A DNA stretch of 64,000 nt from Chlorokybus atmophyticus (Eukaryota > Plantae > Mesostigma and Chlorokybus algae), in assembly GCA_009103225.1 (NCBI GenBank), contig RHPI01003642.1, positions 262,040 to 326,039 on the forward strand. Reading direction: 5' to 3'. Positions 13,341-24,772 of the stretch are shown here, one piece after another; the stretch's first letter is position 1, and the number at the start of each line of letters is the position of its first letter. A program made the translations under genes and the position numbers. The notes under the pieces were generated by a model. It had not been told where the DNA came from, did no database searches, and saw nothing but the letters and a program-made list of their open reading frames with translations.

Positions 13341-13914
13341 GCCTTTTCCACGCTGTACCAACCCTTGTTTGCGTTACCAGCTAGCAGTTCAGTGTAGGCT
13401 TCCCGTCCTTGTTATAAATGTAGTAATTGCCAGGGATTGGCATTCTGTATGATGGCATGGATGCTTCAATCGGATGTGGAACCATGTTTGGTTGATCTTC
13501 GCTGTGCCCATTGTGTCCGCACCTCATACAAGGTGTTCTCAGTGAATTGGTGACCTCGCTGCTCACTGATCATTCAAAAATAGGTCTAGTGTGTAAAGTC
13601 AGTTGCGACAGCCTTGTGTGAGAACAGATATGTTACAGCACAGACATTGTGGGTTGCAGCATGTGTGGCCCCAGAACGACATGTGTGAGCTGTGCGTAAC
13701 ACATACATCACGTGCATATTCTGTACACTACTGGCAGCATATCCTGTACAACAAAGTCTGTCTCTTGCCAGTATCCGCAGCATGGTTTGCAAAGCCATTG
13801 ATGCCATACACAGTATGCAATGCAGAGTTCACACATGCATGACATGCAATTACCACCAGCATATACGCAGTCATCAAGTACATCATAGGGCTATGCACTC
13901 ATTACAATACTACC

Positions 13915-14405
13915 TACTTATCTACCTTTACAACCGCCCAACACCCTGTTAGTCACACATGAATACATGTTTACCTGCCCACATGGGCGGTATACCCCTT
14001 TACGGTGGTACATAATAAGTTGAATAATTAATGTTTTTCTGAATGTGAAACACTTGTATTGTGCCGGTGCAGAGCTGCAGTGGGCATACATGCAAACCCA
14101 TGTGCCATAGGCAAAAATGTAGGGGCCCAGAATAGAAGCCAATTGCCACCATGCATCATGTGTGACATAGGATGCTTGTAACACAAACCACGCAAGCATG
14201 AATCGGTGCATGTGTACAGAATATGCAACTGATGTTTGCAACAAGCATGACACATGCATGGACACGACACTTTCTAACTAATACCACACTCACCTCAAGG
14301 TCGACCACCGGGCTAGGTACACACTAGCTACCACTACCTGCGTCACTACTCTACTGCCCAACCCTGTTAGTCATGCATGTATGCATCACCTGCCACATCG
14401 CTAGT
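13915..14405 (+). repeat. Two copies of a degenerate ~100-bp dispersed repeat, also present at 50.6-51.8 kb
   Basis: CCCTGTTAGTCA at 13944 and 14362 versus CCCCGTTAGTCA at 51356. TACTTATCTACCTT at 13915 and 51741. ACCACCGGGCTA at 14304 versus 50.67 kb (rc). Confidence 0.55.
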
Positions 14406-14832
14406 AAGGTTAGCCTCGAGCAGAACCACGTTGTCAATTATTACCCCAAACATGTCTCGTAAGCGCGCAAAGCAGTACTGAACATAATCTGAACACAGTT
14501 TAGTAGTGCTTTTCGCAAGGATGGTTCTCATGATACAACTTCTACTGCTCTCCAACCTCCGCACTCACCTCAGCCCCACTTGTGTTGACTCAGCCGGTGC
14601 AAAAGCCATGGTCAGGAAGGCCCCGGCATCTCTTGCTGTTGAGGGACTAGTTGCTCGCATGCCTGTGGGCATCACAGCTGTGCACAATGCAAGCAAGCTC
14701 ATGTGGGTGGCAAGTGTGCACCGATGTGTACATGCTACCAGATTGATACCCCATGTATGGACACAGCTGGAGCCACATTGTAGCATTTGCACAACCGTAT
14801 GTAGTACACAATAACAAATTACTAGTGCCCTA

Positions 14833-16971
14833 TTAGACAGGTGATATTTCATGTGCGTCTTTGATCAAATCAGCCGCCGCAGCTGGAGCCCCGTTGGAAG
14901 ACAACCTCCTGTCCAGATCCAAGTGCGCTGTTGCGGATTCGTGCGAAGAGATCCTGTCCAAGTCCGGATGCGGCACCACCACTCCTGCAAAACCACCAAC
15001 TTCTTTTTCTTCCTGCTTGCTCTCCGGCGAAACATGGCTTGGAGTGACGGCGGGGCTGCCGATCCCGTGCAGGTTGCCTCCAACAGCCAGGTTGAGCATA
15101 GCGGGGCGGTTCGAGGTTTGCTGTTTCTCGATATCGTCATCCTCGCCTTCGCTCGCAGGGGAGCCCGACGGCCGAAGGCTGTACGGGTGGTGGCCTTCCT
15201 GCAACTCCAGGTCCGCTCTTCCTGGTGACGGGGGGTCCGGCAACACCGCACGCAGCTGCAACCTGCTCGGCACCCAAGGGGCGAAAAACACCTCCTTCCA
15301 GTTTGATAAACACCCTCGATTGTACGGGTTCGCCTTGCTGTCAAACCGGTAGCGAAAGTTCTCGTATGTGGTCTGCGCGTGAACACAGCAGTCAACAACT
15401 ACTTGCAACTACGCGCACGTAAACGATACATACGGGTTGGAACGCTGTTGAGCAGTGCAGCGCTGTGGAGAAGCTGCAACATAATGTACTCACTGTTGAC
15501 ATACAAATGCGACGAGCAGGCGCATGTGACACATGCCATGACGCTGTGCATGGAACCTACTGGTGCACTATACAAGCAACTACCAACTCTAATTGTCTGA
15601 AACCCTACAGCCAATAAGCAGCACACCTTGATGCAATACAACGACATGTGCACACCTGATTGGTGCTGATGAGGTAGGCATGAAATACCGACAGCCCGCC
15701 CACAAACCAGAAGAATGCGAAGCAATAAACCATCAGCACAATTGAAGCAGGGCGCTTCGCTAGTGCAGTCCCAACACCTGTTTGGTCCAGCTCCTTTTTC
15801 ACGCTGACATCATAGGCAGAAACGGCGAATACATACATGGCGGTGATTGTCGAGCACACCAGAAAAAGGTAGAAGAACCGATAATTTCGCTGCGCACAGG
15901 GCACGTGTTGGTATTGTGAGTGCAAGTGCACAAATACACACAAGAAAATGTCCCACCTTTCCTATACACTGCCCTACCCAAGGGCAGTGATGGTCAAAGC
16001 GTTCAACACAGTTATTGCATATGCTGCAATGTGAACAACGCGGGGGCCGGTAGATGTTGCAAGTTTCGCAGAATTTAATCTTCACAACATGCCCGTTCAC
16101 CTGCAGAACGAGGGCGTCACGCGGCAACTTCTACCTCCCACACCCCATGCACACAATACAGCATGCGTATGCAGGATTAGGGCACTATTTTCTTCACGGA
16201 TCTCTTTGACTGTTGTACACCATGATGATGAGCACATTGTGCGCATCTTCTTGCAGTACAACACACCTCTATTTCTCGGGAGCGGGGCAAGCGCGGATTA
16301 CGGCCGTCGACACTGGATTCATCTTTGGGGTCAATTTCGGGAGGGTGGGTAGAGCGGGGAATGATGCCGGGGTCTCGCAGCGTAGTCAGCAGCAAGAGCA
16401 GCAGATCTATGCAGGAGAGGACTATCCCCAGGACAAAGTACACCCACGAACGGTGGTGCCCCAGAAACACCCCTACGAAAACGGAAAACACCGCAGCCGG
16501 AGCGATGATGATGCACACCGTTGCAAGAAACGACTTCCAGTCTGGACCCAGGATAAACCTTCCTCGGAAAGCAAACACCTGCGATACAAGGGTAATAAAT
16601 CGCATGTCGCTTCTACTTGAAGCAACATTGACAGCAACACTACGATACTACAACAAGTAAGTAACTAAGCATATGATGAGTTGTCAGTAAACATTGCACA
16701 GCAACTACTGTGAGATGCCGATGTGTAGATACGTAGCAAGTGCAGATGTAAGTGCAGATGTAAGTGTAGATGCGTAGCAAACAAATGACCAGCTTTGTAT
16801 GTGCAACACAAAAACAGTGAGATACGATAGGCACTGGCATAATGCTTGCGCAATTAACCTAATTACAAGAAAGTGCCGTATGCAACCAAACAGGTGTATT
16901 TTGGGGACACACGCACGCACGCACGCACGCACATTTTTGCCGGGCCATTGCTGGTAGGCCCTTCGGGCCAT
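14833..16971 (-). CDS. DHHC protein S-acyltransferase (ERF2/ZDHHC9/plant PAT group), multi-exon
   Basis: [13 protein letters not shown]|[15 protein letters not shown]; [39 protein letters not shown]; [10 protein letters not shown]; [20 protein letters not shown]. Confidence 0.95.
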
Positions 16972-18043
16972 AACTCTATAAATCACGCCCTGCTGCGGCA
17001 GGCTTTCCAGCAGCTTCGGCGGCGGTCCTCGCTGGTAACAGGGCAGAAGCACTCCACCCGCCTGCGCCTCTTCGCACCCATCATCACCCTAGCGGCGGAG
17101 TCCGCCCCCCACGCACCTACCGCCGCATCATCACCTCCAGGACGAAGTGCCAGACCAGCAGCTATGTTAGCAACGCGATCTACAAAGTAAGTGTGTTCCA
17201 CCTTCGCAGCGCTTCGCTAGCGGTCCGGCCCCACGCCGGCACCGCCGACACCGCCTCCTCCTCCGCCGCCGCCGCCGCCGCCGCCGCCGCCTTGTCAACG
17301 ATGTGACGGTACTCTTCCTCGTAAGCGGCCTCGTACTTGGTGTGTGTGATTGTCAAACGCACCCAGGCAGAGAGTGTCGTCGTCGCCGTAGCCAGCTCAC
17401 TTGTCCGGCCAAGCTTTGAAACCCTAAACGGGACTGTGCAGGGCTTGCATGCCGATGTAAGAATGCACGACCGGCATATATATCTCACTGGCGCATGCTT
17501 GTCTGATGAAATTGCTTTGGGGAGCCAAGCCCCTCTCAATTAGGGCAGCACTGCTGACTGTTACCCGGTAATGCGGCAGTCATGATGCACGTGTGATCCT
17601 TATGCTCCGTCAAGATTGGCGGGCAAGGCACCCAGGATATGATCGTGAGGTCAAGGGTTGTGCCCTATTAACGTACATGAGGTATAAGAGTGCATAGGGT
17701 GGAGTAAAGGGGCTCGGAATATAAGCAAACAAATTACTAGTGCACGCAACTTAAATGTATTGGCAATACAATACAGGCATGCATGCGTCTACCGTGTTGG
17801 TTACATTGCAATAGCATGCACTCATGTTTGTTAATTCACTCTACACGCACGATAATTCTGGCGGGACACGCAAGAGCTACATACATTGAGACCTACCTTC
17901 GTGATAAATGAAAGTGCTACATATGTTATGCAAGTGCAATTAGGGCTAATAGCGACCAGTGATCAACTTAGCCGCAAAGAAAATGGTTTAAGGCAATGCA
18001 CGAGGATAATAACGTGTTGCGTAGTGCAGCTTAATGCAGTGAA

Positions 18044-18080
18044 GTGATGTGATGTGATGTGATGTGATGTGATGTGATGT
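18044..18080 (+). repeat. (GTGAT)7 pentanucleotide microsatellite
   Basis: Seven consecutive GTGAT units. Confidence 0.95.
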
Positions 18081-19435
18081 GGTGTTCTGTTGAGCCTCAC
18101 CCCGTCCCTGCATCTGTCGCCATATCCTCATTTGTAGTATAGATTGTGGTATGTCATGCTCAAACATACGTGCACACATGCAGAGACTGCATAGCGCTAG
18201 CAGGGCTAGCAGAGCAGGCAAAACAAGCAGGGGCAGTTGACATTACACCCGGGGCCGCAACCTCACCACTTCCGGTGCTGTTATGTGTTGTGTGTGCAAT
18301 GCAATGTTGTGGGACCGTCAGTTGGCAGCAATGGGGATTACCCAACTAACCTAACCATCACACGTAAGGCGACAACTTGGTCTTCGGGTTAGGCATTGGC
18401 AGGACAAACAAGATGTGAGCGGTACTTTGGTGTAGGCGACTGAGCCCCGTTATGCATATGTAAACATGTATAACATGAAAATGCTGCAATTCATATGAAT
18501 GTGTGCGCGTGGCAAGCATTGTTGACACCATCAACAATCGACTTACGCAACACACCTGCTAGCACAACACCCACCCGCTCACTATGGCGTCATGGTGAGC
18601 GGGTGGTCGACATGAAGGTTTATATTCCGAATATAAGAGTCAACGAAATCTTACACTTAATATCTTTGCAATTTCAAAAAGACTTCCCTTAAAGGGAGAT
18701 CTCCCTTTTAGTAATTTTCTCAAGTATTCTTATCCAAGACAAAACTTCTTTAAATTGAAACATATGATGTACGGGTTATGCAGTAACTTTTCATCACGTT
18801 ACGACCGATGCACGCTGTCACGCGTAGAAGATTGGCAAAATTCACACATTCGGTTCATCTTTTATTCCAAGGTTAAGCGAGCTGTGCTTAACACTTGTTA
18901 GTGCGGTTCATGTTCTATACACATGGGCTAGCACACAGCTGGTCATGCCAACCTCCAATGTTGCACTGCGAACCAGCATACTTTCAGCCTTGAGAAGCGG
19001 CCCATTGTTTGCATCCCGCAGGCTATACTATGGTAATGGTGATTGCTAGCAGTGTGACAGCGTGGAGCAAACCAGTGAAGTGACCAATGGTTTGATTCAG
19101 CATGAAGCTGACTGGTGCTTCAATGCACACATATGGAGGCATGTGCTATATGTCAGGGAGCTAGAGTTGGCCACATGGCAAATAAATCACTCACAGTCCA
19201 TCTGCAACATATTAAGCCCTGTGTGTGACGCATAACACAACATGATCTAAAACGCCATGTGGCTTTACCCAAGTGTGCGTGGTGCGCGTACTTACCCAAG
19301 TACACGTGTTCCGCTGATGCGCGGTGCGCATACTTGGGTAAGTATGCGCCCCGCGCACCAGCAGAACACCGAACAACCTATGCATTACAGCAACTCAACC
19401 AATAATTACGGGATGCTATGTGTCGTAACACATTT

Positions 19436-20740
19436 CTATAGCAGCTTGACATCCGTCCTTGACGACTGCATACGCTTCAACGTACGATAGCCTCTATCTG
19501 TACCAAACAGCCTGCCCATAGAAAATTTAGATGGCAACATTCAGCTGCATGGGCCACGTACCAGTCCATGTACACAAACGTCGGAAGAGTAGTTGCCAGA
19601 ATTTGTGTACAACAACCGATGGTGGTAGTCGTGGAAGTCAGCACCCCGTACAAAGGCAAAAACCTGTCACGGTGACAGGCATACAAACACTCCCATGCCG
19701 GCAGCTCTGACACACAGCAGTTGATCAAAGCTTGCCAACATACCTGGATGGCGATCATGGGAAGTCGTATCCGCAATGAGCCTCTACAGCTTCTATCAAA
19801 CGCAGGCCCATCCAAGCCCACATAACCAACAAGTGAGGCCCCACCAGCGCGGGACCGATCACCGTTGCGAGCCCCAAGAACAGTATCTCCATTGGGTGGA
19901 CATAGAGTGCGGTGACTCCGAACGGAGTAGCCCACTCGTGATGAACACTGTGCACGTGCTTGTACAACCACTTCGTGTGTAGGAGCCGGAGGCCCCAGTA
20001 GAAAACGAAGTCCTCAATGATTACAAATGCAAAAATCTGCCACAGCACGCGCCAAATGTCAACACAACCACTACCAGCAAGCGCACAAAGCATTCAACAT
20101 CACAGTGCATGCCATGCACATGCAATGCAGTGCAAGACTAGAAGCTTAACCATTGAACGTCAAAACACACATCAAGCAGAGGAGCAACCCAGTCCAAATA
20201 GAAAATACTTGAGCGATCTGTGCAACAGCATGCAAAGTCTTGAAGCCGCTGACCTGAAGAATGGCGAGGGAGAGGGAAGGGAGTGGGAGTTTGGAGGTGA
20301 TGCCCATGGCGGAGTAGGCTGGGTAGGAGACGGCCATGAGTGGCAGGTTGACGGAGAGGTGGTAGAGGAAGAGGCGGACGACGCAGCGCCACTGCTGGGT
20401 TGTGGAAGTCCCCCTCTGCTGGATCTTGTAATTCCTCAGCCAGGGCAGGTCGATCCAGTCCAGCGCCAGGTACGGCAGCCCTGCGGCGAAGAACACCAGC
20501 TCGTGGATGAGGAAGGACCCAAGAACCAGCAGCTGCCACTCAGTCCACGGCGAGGTCGCCCTCATCCATGCCCGCTCCAGTGACGTGGCTGGCTCGTAGG
20601 CGGCGGCGGCGGAAGCGAAAGCGAAAGCGGACGTCGACGCCACGTCGCCCACCCACACCGCCGCCGCCGCCCAGGAAGGCAACCACCACCACCTTCACAG
20701 CAACCACTGTGTAGGCATCTGCCAGTGCCAATGTCGCCAT
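19436..20740 (-). pseudogene. SMO2: Sterol 4-alpha-methyl oxidase (SMO2-like), disrupted
   Basis: Close to plant SMO2 (QLLVLGSFLIHELVFF; EDFVFYWG; HSVHHE; AHCGYDFP; GADFHDYHHRLLYT; TFVYMDW|LFGTDRGY). Lesions: TGA at 19755-19757 where Trp is expected, His-box 1 His to Leu at 19989-19991, -1/+1 frameshifts near 19645 and 19583, and no in-frame ATG at the expected position. Confidence 0.85.
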
Positions 20741-22184
20741 TAACTCAATGGCGAAATTCTCCGACAACCTTGCATGCAGTGCAGTGCACAGCACGGCGGC
20801 GGCGGCGCAGGAGGAGCAGGTGGCTGAGGTCATAGATGCACTGGACGACAGGGGAGGCGAGGAGCAGGGCGATGGCGCTGCCAAGGCGGCGATGCACTCG
20901 GAGTCCGCCCCTAGTGCTGTCAGTTCAAGCGGACCACAATGGCGCAGACCTGTTTGTCAGCGACTGTGTCTTCGCGCCCTGCTTGGGTTGCCTCCGTTTG
21001 CTCACAAAGGAAAAATCTAGGTTAGTTAATGCTGAGACCGAATGAACCCAGTACTCACCAGATTCACCACAAGGAGCTTCAAGAGTTGTTCGAGGTGGCC
21101 AACTGATTCAACACCTCCAGGGTGAGTGGCTACGGCCTGCATTGACTGCTGCATACCTGCTTCGTACTGCAAGCAACTGCACGTCATAGTTGAACACAGC
21201 CGTCTGGACAAGACCGAAGTGGCCTGTATGCTTGAAGCATTGGTCGTGAAGGGACAGGTGAAGAAGGGGTGTGGCTGACTGGACAACGGAGCACATCAGA
21301 AGAAGCAGGCATGTTGCCAGTGAGCTACAGTCCTAAGTGCTGCGCACGCTTAAGCGATTGGCACAGTTCTGCCTTGCATCTTTTGTACACTTGTGGTTGT
21401 GTGCGCAGGCTGTCATGCGCACGCATCTGGCATCCTTGAAGGGAGCTGCATGACTTGGCTGACGGGCGCCATGCCCAAGCTGATCAAGTCTGTGCAGCTG
21501 CTGCAAGGCGCTGTTGATTGCCAACTATCTCATCACTTCGTATGCGTGCCATGTGTAGCGCGCTAGCCCAGTAGGCGCTGGGGTGACTATAACGCATGTC
21601 AACCGCTTCCACGCAATCACATCTTTGCAGGAGACCTTTCACGCCGCTGCTGAGGCCGGTTCCTTCTAGTTGGACGGTCACACGTACCTTACACTTCCAA
21701 ATTGCATGTTGCCATGGCCGCTGCCTCAGAGCGCTAGCGGTGTGGCACAGCTCATTAGGTGAATGCGATGGGTACTACATCAGTACGACACCGGGATGAA
21801 CACAGTGCTACCACTACAATGCTTGCCACTGTGAACATGTGGCAGGCACAATGCTCTCAGCACTGTTAGGCATGGTCACTAGTACACAAACTTCAAAGTC
21901 TGCGTTACTGTAGTTGAGCGTCAATAATCTCAGTGACCACTGAAGCCCATCAGAGGCCACGCCAAGAGGCCAAACAGCCTCAGCATGCCAGCTTGAGGAC
22001 GACAATATCAATAGACAAGTTCTTTGGCTGTGTAGTGTGTAGTGTCTGTATACTGAATACATTTTTCAACGACCGTAACATTGCTATGCACTACAGGTGT
22101 ATTCGCCAACCAGCTGCCAATCAGTAACCTGCGCTCAAGTGCTAAGCATGTGCATTGTGTGATGAACGGTGTTTGCTGGGTGTG

Positions 22185-23981
22185 CTAGGACGTTGCAAAC
22201 GAGGCTTCCCTTTCTCTGCGAAACACCTGCATGCAGATGTTGGATCGCTTGGCAATTTGCAATCAAGTCATGGCATGCCGCAGGGCTGGAGGAGGCTCTT
22301 ACCTTGAGAATGTTGACATGATGGTTGTACTCCGTCTCTTTCTCTTTCGACAGTGAAGTACTGTCAATGAGCTTATAACTGCGCTCCATTTCCTAAGCAC
22401 AGGGGTGGGTAAAGGATGAGCATATGCAGATATAAGCGACCACAAGCACAATATCCAAACTGGGGCCATCACAGATAATGTGCTCATACATACCTGCTTA
22501 ATGTATTTGTGTCCCAGTTCCAGTATCTTGTGCATGGTCTTCACGTAGAACTTACCATCCCTACATCAACCAATGCTTGGCTCGTAACAGCCGCAACGTC
22601 CTATGACCTGCAGTAGGCATGGCAAGCACAAACCTTGAGTCTGCGCCTATTAGACCTAGCGCCACGGCGTCCGCGGCAGCAACAAGCGTCTTGCGCGTTT
22701 CAGCATCCTTCTCAACCATAAAAAGCTGGACGAGTCGTTCAAAAACAGGAAGCTGACCTTCCTGTAGTAACCAACGACAGTGGTGGGTGTCAGCCTTGAA
22801 CGTGGCAGCATTGCTCTTTGCGTGCGTGCGTGCGTGTAGGTGGTTGGTGGCATCCTTACCGTGAGGTACTTCTGCATTGCAAGGAACCCAAAGAACCCAT
22901 CAAATGTGTGCTCCTCACCGTATCTGCATAGTTGCAGAGTCAGGGAGCAAACTGACAATAAGCGGTGGAGGAGACAAAGTGGGAGTACGCTTACTCATGT
23001 GCTTGCAAGGAGCCGTACGGAAAGTACAGGAATGTAGGGTACCTGCAGGAGCAAAAGGTCACATGCATGACGACTGCTTAATGCAATGCACCCGCAGTGT
23101 ACATACTTGTTATTGATGCTGAACCTTTGCGCCAGTTCGGGATTCACGGCCACATTCACCTAAGCAGGAGAGTCAGACCGTTGTACACATCAACCCAATT
23201 GTGTAGCGCATCATACTGTGAGTAACAAGAAGGTATATGCACATACGCGCCTTGGCTAGCAGTATCAAGTGGTGATCCGCCAACATAAACCCAGCTTTGC
23301 CGAGATGCTTTGCGACTTTCTGGAACAAACAGCTTCAAGCTTGGCCTCGCATCAACAGCATTAGACAGAAATGAACTGCATGTCTACATGCCCTACCTGA
23401 CATGATACATCCTCAGGAATGTAGAACTCGACCAGTGTGTGTGCGTTGCCGATGACCACTTTGTCAAAGGTTGCGTCATGAAGTTCAACAATTCCCTCCA
23501 TGGCATCTTCTGGCCTGTACGCTTCAATTTTCCTGTCGATCTCATCTGGATCTTCGTCTCGGTCTTCCACCTGCAAACCCAATTCAATATGCTTGATACG
23601 CACAAGTGGTGACGGTATGCCTACCTGCTGTTGCGGCCGTATGCGGCTCTGTTGTGTCTGCTGTTTTTTGATTGGATCCGAGACGCCTGTGTGCCGGGCT
23701 GCAGTGGCGGTAACCTCTGAAGCGAGGCCGGACGCGGCAAATTGTTCTGCAAGCTTGTGGGTATCTTGGGGGTTACCATGTTGTTCAACATTGTGCACGA
23801 ATGTCTCTTGTACGTCATCCGGATCTATGCCAGTCAGCAAGCCGGACAAGCCAGAGAACCGCCCGGGATCAAAGGTAGGCTGGTCGTGGGCACACAGAAG
23901 GCAAGTTACAGACTGGGTACTTTTTGAGTTAACTGTGGCGTTGGATTGGGTTACATAAGCACTGACTTCAAAGTTATACAC
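22185..23981 (-). CDS. ERp29/PDI-D-type protein: one atypical thioredoxin domain plus ERp29 C-terminal helical domain (5' end unresolved, possibly to ~24.5 kb)
   Basis: IVELHDATFDKVVIGNAHTLVEFYIPEDVSCQ|KVAKHLG...LLAK|VNVAVNPELAQRFSINNK|YPTFLYFP, then YVKTMHKILELGHKYIKQ|EMERSYKLIDSTSLSKEKETEYNHHVNILK (ERp29-C pattern). Confidence 0.75.
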
Positions 23982-24772
23982 ACTTCAGGGCAGGTGCTGG
24001 GTTGGGATCAATACAGCTCTTGCAGCCGTACTGACAGCTTGAGCACACGGCATGCACTTAGGTGCGTCATACCTGAACCTGTGCATGGCTGCTTGTGTAC
24101 AGAAGCGATACCACGAGTATGGGAACGACAGCTCTTGTATGCATGCTTCCAGCCTGGCAGAGCAGACTCGTCAATACAATCAGAGTGCTCGCTCAATGCT
24201 TCTTCAGAAATACGCCCAAACACGCTTGGCCATGTACCTTCCTAGGCAGGCACAACCGCGACACACGTACATGTGCAAGCCTGTACACCCATGCGAAGAC
24301 CCACCGCCATACCAGAGCAGGCGGCATTGGGGTTTGCAATATGCACAAGATGTACTGACAGACCTACTACCAGACTAGCTGCATTGCAAGCGCTAGCAGC
24401 ATTGCATGCGCGACATTGACATTGCCTGGTGTCATCAGCTAACCAACCTGCTAGCGGACAGTGGTGAGGCATAGCACATCCACCAGCATGCACGCAACCG
24501 AAACAAACCTTGCCTGGCTCATAACCTCAGCACACTACCTGAACGACGCAGCCCACGTCACCGCCGCCGGAAACACCGCCGCCCTGCCACTACCGTCGTC
24601 AGCGTTGAGCTACGTTGCTGGCACTCTGCAACAAGTGCAGCAAGCTATTGGCACTGTTGCCAGTGCCAGTAAGTTACTGGCTTGCACCGCGTTGACTGGC
24701 ATCGTAGAATTAGGGCTGGGTTAGTGGCGGCGGTGCTGGCGGCGGCGCAGGTGGTGGCAGCCGCTGGCAGGA

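Noticed and set aside
16737-16775. 12-bp tandem repeat (AGTGCAGATGTA-like) and (ACGC)n in intron 1 of the DHHC gene
   Set aside because: Ordinary intronic simple repeats, like the many CA/TG, CAA and GCC tracts in the window.
17180-17539. Minus-strand ORF with AAYEEEY and poly-Ala
   Set aside because: Built on a GCC repeat in the probable promoter/5' UTR of the DHHC gene, with no homology cues or convincing gene structure.
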